Positions 58,538 to 64,000 of a stretch of DNA of 64,000 nucleotides are shown here, one piece after another (positions within the stretch are counted from its first letter, which is position 1; each line of letters begins with the position of its first letter). The stretch covers positions 6,575 through 70,574 of the forward strand of contig JBGCFM010000039.1 in the NCBI GenBank assembly GCA_045106895.1. The letters run 5' to 3'. Source of the stretch: Polyangiales bacterium (GTDB lineage: Bacteria > Myxococcota_A > Polyangia > Polyangiales > Houyiibacteriaceae). The notes below the pieces were generated by a model. The model ran no database searches. It worked only from the letters and a program-made list of their open reading frames with translations, and had not been told where the DNA came from. A program made the translations under genes and the position numbers.

Positions 58538-60205
58538 ATGCACGTCGATGGCCACGGCCTGACGCTGGGTGATGTCATCGGCGAAGGCGGCATGGCCGTG
58601 GTCCACCGCGGCGAGCAGAAGTCCCTCCGGCGGGAGGTCGCCATCAAGACCATCGTGGAGCCGGAGGAGCGGAACAACCTGCTCCGCGAGGCGTACGTCA
58701 CGGCGGTCTTAGAGCACCCCAACATCGTCCCCATTCACGAGCTTGTCTTCGACGCGACGGGCCGCCCGATGCTCGTCCTCAAGCGCATCGAAGGCGAGTC
58801 TTGGCTTGAGCAGATGAAGCAGGAGTACCGCATCGAACCCGATGACGGTCCGGACTTCATCGAGTGGAATATTCGTATCTCCATTCGCGTATCCCGCGCG
58901 CTCTCCTTTGCTCATACCCGCGGCATCGCCCACCTCGACGTGAAGCCTTCCAACGTCATGGTTGGCGCCTTCGGCGAGGTGTACCTGCTCGACTGGGGAC
59001 TGGCAGGCTCCTTCGATCCCAACGAACACTTCTTGCCCTCGATACCAGACGGTCAGCGCGCCGGGACGCCGGGGTACATGGCCCCGGAGCAGTGGCGCGG
59101 GAAGGCCGCAGAGGTCGGCCCCTGGACGGACGTCTACCTCTTGGCGGCGAGTCTCTACCACGCGCTCTCGGGCGCCCCACCGTGGACGCGCGTCGGCAAG
59201 AAACGAGAGGCGCAGACCGGCGAGCGCAAGCTTCCACCATCGCTGCTCGAGATACTCAATCGCGCCATGAGACCCGACCCAACGGACCGAATCCCGAGCG
59301 CCGCTTCGTTTCGCCAAGAGCTCGAAAGCTACCTTCGGCAGCGCGGTTCCATTCAACTGGGGCACCGCGCGGCGGAGCTCGCCCGAGACGCCGTGCTGCA
59401 ACGTGGCAAAGGAAAGCTGGACTCCGCGGAGTATTCATCGGTGGAAGCGGCGGCGACATTCAGCGCAGCACTCTCCCAGTGGCCTGGAAACGAAGCGGCG
59501 ATGCGAGGCCAGCTGCGACTCGCACGTTCCCGCATCGACGACGCCCTCAGCCGCGACCAGCCTGGCGTCGCGGCGCGTATCCTTGCTGCCATCGTCGACC
59601 CACCTGCCGACTTACGGAAACGTGTGGAGCAGGCCGTCGCACTCGCAGAACACGACGCGTCCGAAGTGCGTTCCCTTCGCCATGACCAGGATCATGGCGT
59701 CGGCATGGACCTGCGCATCCTGGTCATGGCGCTCTGTGGACCACTCTGGATCGGAGGCTGGGTCATCGGCGCCATCACGGAGAACGTCTTTGCGTCCTTG
59801 GTGCTCCTCGTTGGCGGAACCTTCGCGTGGAGCGCCGGCCTCTGGGCCGTCGGTGGAGAGCTATTGTCGAACCGTCTCAACCGAGTCGTCGTCTTCGACA
59901 TCTTCTGCACATTGTGCGCGTTCATCGGACTGACGAGCATTGCCTATGTACGCGGTGACTCCTTGCTCTCACTTGCCCCTGCGTTTCTCATCGTCCACGC
60001 CTGCAGTACGGCAATGGTGGCCGTAGTCTTCGACATGCGCCTCGCACTCTTGGCGGCGGCGTGGGCGTTACTCTTCCCCCTGTCCTTGTTGTGGCCCGAC
60101 CTTGGCTTGTGGATCATCGTGCTCGGCAACACGGCGATGGTCCTCGGATCGATGTGGGTCAACTACCGCGTGCGCCAGGCGGCAAAGGCCGCGGCGAAGC
60201 AGTGA
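58538..60205 (+). CDS. Ser/Thr protein kinase with C-terminal multi-TM domain
   Basis: GEGGMAVVHRG, VAIK, HLDVKPSNV, and DWG in place of DFG. About 6 TM helices in the last roughly 190 aa. ATG 58538 preferred over the GTG at 58424. Confidence 0.85.
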   Translation: MHVDGHGLTLGDVIGEGGMAVVHRGEQKSLRREVAIKTIVEPEERNNLLREAYVTAVLEHPNIVPIHELVFDATGRPMLVLKRIEGESWLEQMKQEYRIEPDDGPDFIEWNIRISIRVSRALSFAHTRGIAHLDVKPSNVMVGAFGEVYLLDWGLAGSFDPNEHFLPSIPDGQRAGTPGYMAPEQWRGKAAEVGPWTDVYLLAASLYHALSGAPPWTRVGKKREAQTGERKLPPSLLEILNRAMRPDPTDRIPSAASFRQELESYLRQRGSIQLGHRAAELARDAVLQRGKGKLDSAEYSSVEAAATFSAALSQWPGNEAAMRGQLRLARSRIDDALSRDQPGVAARILAAIVDPPADLRKRVEQAVALAEHDASEVRSLRHDQDHGVGMDLRILVMALCGPLWIGGWVIGAITENVFASLVLLVGGTFAWSAGLWAVGGELLSNRLNRVVVFDIFCTLCAFIGLTSIAYVRGDSLLSLAPAFLIVHACSTAMVAVVFDMRLALLAAAWALLFPLSLLWPDLGLWIIVLGNTAMVLGSMWVNYRVRQAAKAAAKQ

Positions 60206-60227
60206 GGTACAGCGCGCCGAGAGAAAA

Positions 60228-60995
60228 TCAGAGCGCGGAAAATGCGCTGGCGGGGAGGACCGTGGAGGGCCCCGGTCCCATGGGGTTGAAGTACACGGCG
60301 TCGATCTTCTGTTTCGCGACGTGCTGCTTCAGCTCTTCCGGCGTCGCGATGACTTGCTCGATCTGCGCGACAAGCGCTTCGTCAAGAGCGCCCGTAAAGG
60401 CGTCGTAGGCATCCGGTGTCACGCAAAGAACGCCCGGCTGATCGAAGCCTCCATATCCGGGTTTGCTGATCATTCGTCCGTCGGCGAAGAAAGGAAGGTA
60501 GTAGCGCGGGTGCGTCCGTAGACGCTCGAGCATCGTCGCCGAGAACACACCGTCTGTGACGTATGGGAGACCCCGCTCGACGGCGATTCCCGTGGCCCAC
60601 TCCGTGAGCCCGCCGTAGGCGTCTGGTGTGAAGCGCAGCTCGTCTTCTGTGTATCCGCCGGGGTTGATGCGGACGGCAGCGCTGTCTTTCATCAGCGCAC
60701 CGAAGAGCTCCGTGCCAGGGATGCCGCTGACGTACGTTCCCAGACGCGTACCACTTTGGGACGCATGCGTGGCCGTCGCCGCCTCCGTGAAGACCCAGAG
60801 CTCTCCTTCGGGGACCACGTGCTGTCCATCGAAGCAGACTTTGCGTCCTTCCGTGGCTTTGTCGAAGAGCCACGCCGGCGCGAGCCACTCGGTGTGCTCC
60901 ATGAACGCGCGCATCACGACGGGCTCAGCGCACTCCCCGCGGTCAAAGGCCAGGCGAGCGGCGCGTGGCCGGGACATTGGAGGCGGGTCGTACAC
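60228..60995 (-). CDS. Hypothetical protein (possibly SseB-like two-lobe fold)
   Basis: 255-aa ORF 7 nt downstream of the ALDH gene with protein-like composition. The family call is a weak impression only. Confidence 0.5.
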   Translation of the reverse strand: MYDPPPMSRPRAARLAFDRGECAEPVVMRAFMEHTEWLAPAWLFDKATEGRKVCFDGQHVVPEGELWVFTEAATATHASQSGTRLGTYVSGIPGTELFGALMKDSAAVRINPGGYTEDELRFTPDAYGGLTEWATGIAVERGLPYVTDGVFSATMLERLRTHPRYYLPFFADGRMISKPGYGGFDQPGVLCVTPDAYDAFTGALDEALVAQIEQVIATPEELKQHVAKQKIDAVYFNPMGPGPSTVLPASAFSAL

Positions 60996-61002
60996 GGTTC
61001 GG

Positions 61003-62556
61003 CTACTTTAGACCAAGGACGCGGTCGAGTAGGCCGCGATCTCCCTGAATCGCCGTTCTTTGCGAATAAAAGTCGAGGCCGCGGAGCCCGCCAAGCTCTT
61101 CACCACCGCCCGCGCGGCCTGGGCCACCGTGCACGCACGAGGGCAAAACCACGCCTGGCCCGGTCGCTTGGCCCTGTACTTTCTTGCTTCCGACGAGCAC
61201 GCGGCCGCTCCACGGGGCAATTCCCAATAGCGCCTCGCCCAGGAAATTGCGATCGTCGGTGTAGACAGATGCCACGAGACCGCCCTCTCCGCGCGCGACG
61301 AGGGCCGCCGCGTCCTGTGCGTCCGTGTACGGAAGAAGCGTCGATACGGGCCCGAACACCTCGTGCGCGTGAACCGTGGCGCACTCATGAGGCGCGTCGC
61401 AGGCGAGGAGCATCGGCGCGAAGAAGAAGCCTTTTCCTTCGGGCACGCCGACGGGCTTGGCGCTCGAGCGCCACACCTCTCGGCATCCATCCGAGAGGAG
61501 GCGGTCGACGCCGGCGTTAACGTCGTCGAGCTGCTGCTTTGTGGCCAAGGGCCCCATTCGAACACCTTCGGCGTCAGGAGCACCGAACTGCGTGCGTCCC
61601 ATCTCTTCACCGAGGGCCGTGGCCACGGCGTCGAGCTGCGCTTCGGGCACCATGATGCGGCGCGTGGCGGTGCACTTCTGACCCGTCTTCTGAGTGATCT
61701 CCTTGGCCGTGTCCGAGATGAACATGTGCCACGCTTCGCTGCCGACTTCGACGTCGGTTCCCAGGACCGTCGCGTTGAGGCTGTCCGCTTCAACGTTGAC
61801 GCGCACCGAGTTTGCGATGACGGCCTTCATCCCGCGGAGGTAAGCGCCAGTGTCGCCGCTGCCGGTGAAGGCGAGGACATCTTGAGGGCCGACGTGTTCG
61901 AGGAGGTCACCGGCGCTGCCGCAAAGGAACTGAAGCGCGCCCTTGGGAAGAATGTCCGCCTCAACGATCTTCTCCATGCATCGATGCGCAAGGAGCGCCG
62001 TCGAGGTGCCGGGCTTGGTCACGACGGGCATGCCAGCGAGGAGAGCGACGGCGGCTTTCTCGAATAAGCCCCAGGCTGGAAAGTTGAACGCGTTGATGTG
62101 AATCGCCACACCGCGTCGAGCCGACTTGATGTGGTGGCCCCAAAAGCGCGCGCCGCTGGTAAGAGCTTCGCCCTCTCCCTCGACGAGGTAGGTCCTATCG
62201 CCGAGCTTCTTCCCGAGGGAGGCGTAGTAGCTGAGCGTCCCGGTAGCCCCGTCGATATCGAACTTGGCGTCGCCGCGCGGGGTTCCTCCGTTGATCATCG
62301 ACGCTTCGATGAGCTCTTCCCGGGCGTTGTAGAGCGCCTTGCTCATTCCCTTGAGGAGCGCCCCTCGTTCGGCGAAGCTCATCGCCCGCAACGCAGGGCC
62401 GCCGACGTCGCGGCCGTGCTTGAGCATCGCGGCGCGGTCGATGCCGGTGGTGGAGGCGGTAGCCACGGTCTCTTCCGTGGTGGGGTTAACGAGGACTCCG
62501 CCCTCCCCTTCGCCGTCGGTCCAGGAATCAAGAACGTAGCTCTTTAGGCGTGTCAT
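61003..62556 (-). CDS. Aldehyde dehydrogenase, PaaZ N-terminal / BoxD (3,4-dehydroadipyl-CoA semialdehyde dehydrogenase)-like
   Basis: The N-terminus LKSYVLDSW...VNPTTEE is typical of the PaaZ/BoxD clade. Catalytic motifs NVEADS and GQKCTATRR. No MaoC hydratase domain. Confidence 0.85.
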   Translation of the reverse strand: MTRLKSYVLDSWTDGEGEGGVLVNPTTEETVATASTTGIDRAAMLKHGRDVGGPALRAMSFAERGALLKGMSKALYNAREELIEASMINGGTPRGDAKFDIDGATGTLSYYASLGKKLGDRTYLVEGEGEALTSGARFWGHHIKSARRGVAIHINAFNFPAWGLFEKAAVALLAGMPVVTKPGTSTALLAHRCMEKIVEADILPKGALQFLCGSAGDLLEHVGPQDVLAFTGSGDTGAYLRGMKAVIANSVRVNVEADSLNATVLGTDVEVGSEAWHMFISDTAKEITQKTGQKCTATRRIMVPEAQLDAVATALGEEMGRTQFGAPDAEGVRMGPLATKQQLDDVNAGVDRLLSDGCREVWRSSAKPVGVPEGKGFFFAPMLLACDAPHECATVHAHEVFGPVSTLLPYTDAQDAAALVARGEGGLVASVYTDDRNFLGEALLGIAPWSGRVLVGSKKVQGQATGPGVVLPSCVHGGPGRAGGGEELGGLRGLDFYSQRTAIQGDRGLLDRVLGLK

Positions 62557-62686
62557 GGGGCGCAACGTCGAACGAAAGCCCGGCGGGTGCCATGAGAGGC
62601 CTCACCCTGCTGGGCTCTTGCACCACAAAGAGCACCGCAGAAGACGAAACCGGTGACAGTCTGCGCAGGACGCGGTAGATCGCAGA

Positions 62687-64000
62687 ATGGCTATTTCCCC
62701 TGCGCTCAAAGAGCGTGTCCTGGCCTGGCAGGCCGAAGATCCCGATGCGATCACCCGCGCTGAGCTCCAAGAGCTCCTGGATGCGGAAAGCGACGAAGTG
62801 CTGGAAGAGCGCTTCTCCGGAATGCTCCAGTTTGGCACCGCCGGGCTGCGCGGGCTCCTGGGCGCTGGCCCCCAGCGAATGAACCGATGTGTCGTGCAGC
62901 GCGCCACAGCCGGCTTTTGTCGTTACCTAATCAAGACGGTCCCCGACGCCAAGGAGCGCGGAATCTGCATCGGCTACGACGCGCGCCGCATGAGCCGCGA
63001 GTTCGCCGAAGATGTCGCCAATGTGGTGGCCGGACATGGACTCGTCGCCCACCTCTTCGAAGAGCAGACCCCGACGCCCCTCGTCGGCTTCGCTGTACTC
63101 GATCTAAACGCCGCAGGCGGCGTTGTGATCACGGCGAGCCACAACCCGCCGGACTACAACGGCTACAAGGTGTTCTGGGGCAACGGCGCACAGATCATCA
63201 CGCCACACGACGCGGGCATCGCCGCCGAGATCGAGGCCATCGACACCCTCGCATCCATCGAGCAGGCGCCAAAGAGCGAGCTCATCCGAGCCGTGTCACC
63301 CGACGTGAAAGAACGCTACCTGACAGGCGTGCAGAAAGCCCAGCGTCACCCAGAGCTTCCTCGTGACCTGACCATCGCCTACACCGCAATGCACGGAGTC
63401 GGCGGCGCCGGCATCAAAGAGACCTTCGCCCGAGCCGGGTTCACAAAACTCTACGACGTGCCTTCCCAGGCGGAGCCCGACGGAATGTTCCCCACCGTTG
63501 CCTTTCCGAATCCGGAAGAAGACGGCGCGATGGACCTCGTCCTGGAGCTCGCCGCCAAGCACAACGCGGACCTTGTCCTGGCGAACGATCCCGACGCGGA
63601 CCGCTTGGCCGCGAGCGTCCTCCACGACGGCAAGTACGTGGTGTTGACCGGCAACGAAATCGGATGCCTCTTGTCGCACTACTTGCTGGAAAACAGCACC
63701 GGGGATGACCGCCTCGTGCTCTGCTCCGTCGTCAGCTCACCCATGCTGCTCTCCATCGGCAAAGCGCACAACGTCCGCGCCGAGCAGACCTTGACGGGCC
63801 ACAAGTGGGTCCAGAACCGTTCGCTTCAGCTGGAAGCGGAAGGTTACCGCTACATCTTCGGCTTCGAGGAAGCGCTGGGGTACGGCATCGACACCCTCGT
63901 CCGAGACAAGGACGGCATCAGCGCCGCGCTCTGCCTCGCCGACATGGCGGTGTATTGCAAAAGCCAGGGCAAGACCCTCGTCGATGAGCTCGAGGTGATG
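62687..64000 (+). CDS. Phospho-sugar mutase (phosphoglucomutase/phosphomannomutase family), 3'-truncated by the window end
   Basis: I translated this from ATG 62687 and it is absent from the ORF track because it has no stop in the window. Motifs FGTAGLRG and active-site TASHNPPDYNGYK. The frame is open to nt 64000. Confidence 0.88.
   Translation, partial: MAISPALKERVLAWQAEDPDAITRAELQELLDAESDEVLEERFSGMLQFGTAGLRGLLGAGPQRMNRCVVQRATAGFCRYLIKTVPDAKERGICIGYDARRMSREFAEDVANVVAGHGLVAHLFEEQTPTPLVGFAVLDLNAAGGVVITASHNPPDYNGYKVFWGNGAQIITPHDAGIAAEIEAIDTLASIEQAPKSELIRAVSPDVKERYLTGVQKAQRHPELPRDLTIAYTAMHGVGGAGIKETFARAGFTKLYDVPSQAEPDGMFPTVAFPNPEEDGAMDLVLELAAKHNADLVLANDPDADRLAASVLHDGKYVVLTGNEIGCLLSHYLLENSTGDDRLVLCSVVSSPMLLSIGKAHNVRAEQTLTGHKWVQNRSLQLEAEGYRYIFGFEEALGYGIDTLVRDKDGISAALCLADMAVYCKSQGKTLVDELEVM

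Overview
This is a high-GC chromosomal segment with about 52 tightly packed protein-coding genes. I found no rRNA, tRNA, CRISPR array, transposase, integrase or phage genes. All family calls rest on motif recognition by eye, because no HMM or BLAST search could be run.

The gene content points to a Myxococcota-like deltaproteobacterium (inference only):
- three eukaryotic-like Ser/Thr kinases
- an RCC1 propeller lipoprotein and other Cys-rich secreted lipoproteins with acidic D/A/G/S linkers
- a thrombospondin-type-3-repeat OmpA protein
- a GAF/HD-GYP protein

Recognisable housekeeping and metabolic genes:
- kbl-tdh (threonine degradation)
- pruA-type P5C dehydrogenase
- moaB and a QueD/PTPS-like gene
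- a DUF47-PiT phosphate transport pair
- two tandem POT peptide transporters
- HtrA protease and a DksA-like factor
- NUDIX, PaaI, DJ-1/PfpI, MBL and SGNH hydrolases
- a PaaZ/BoxD-like aldehyde dehydrogenase
- a phospho-sugar mutase truncated at the window end

Observations most worth follow-up:
1. A five-gene, translationally coupled minus-strand operon (47730 to 40505). It runs CheY-like regulator, passenger plus C-terminal beta-barrel outer-membrane protein, FecR-like lipoprotein, hybrid histidine kinase, then RCC1/Cys-rich lipoprotein. It looks like an envelope-spanning signalling device.
2. A cassette of 2OG-Fe(II) oxygenase, small Zn-ribbon/TM/Cys-motif protein and radical-SAM/SPASM enzyme (55354-58211).
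3. Two unrelated intergenic elements, each bounded by CTAG and by terminal inverted repeats, and each 166 bp by my count (21637-21802 and 24115-24280). One splits the DUF47-pit pair.
4. A recurring 14-nt motif, TGAATCGCGCACTA, that forms the termini of one of those elements.

Most long ORFs in the six-frame track that lie antisense to these genes are high-GC artefacts.
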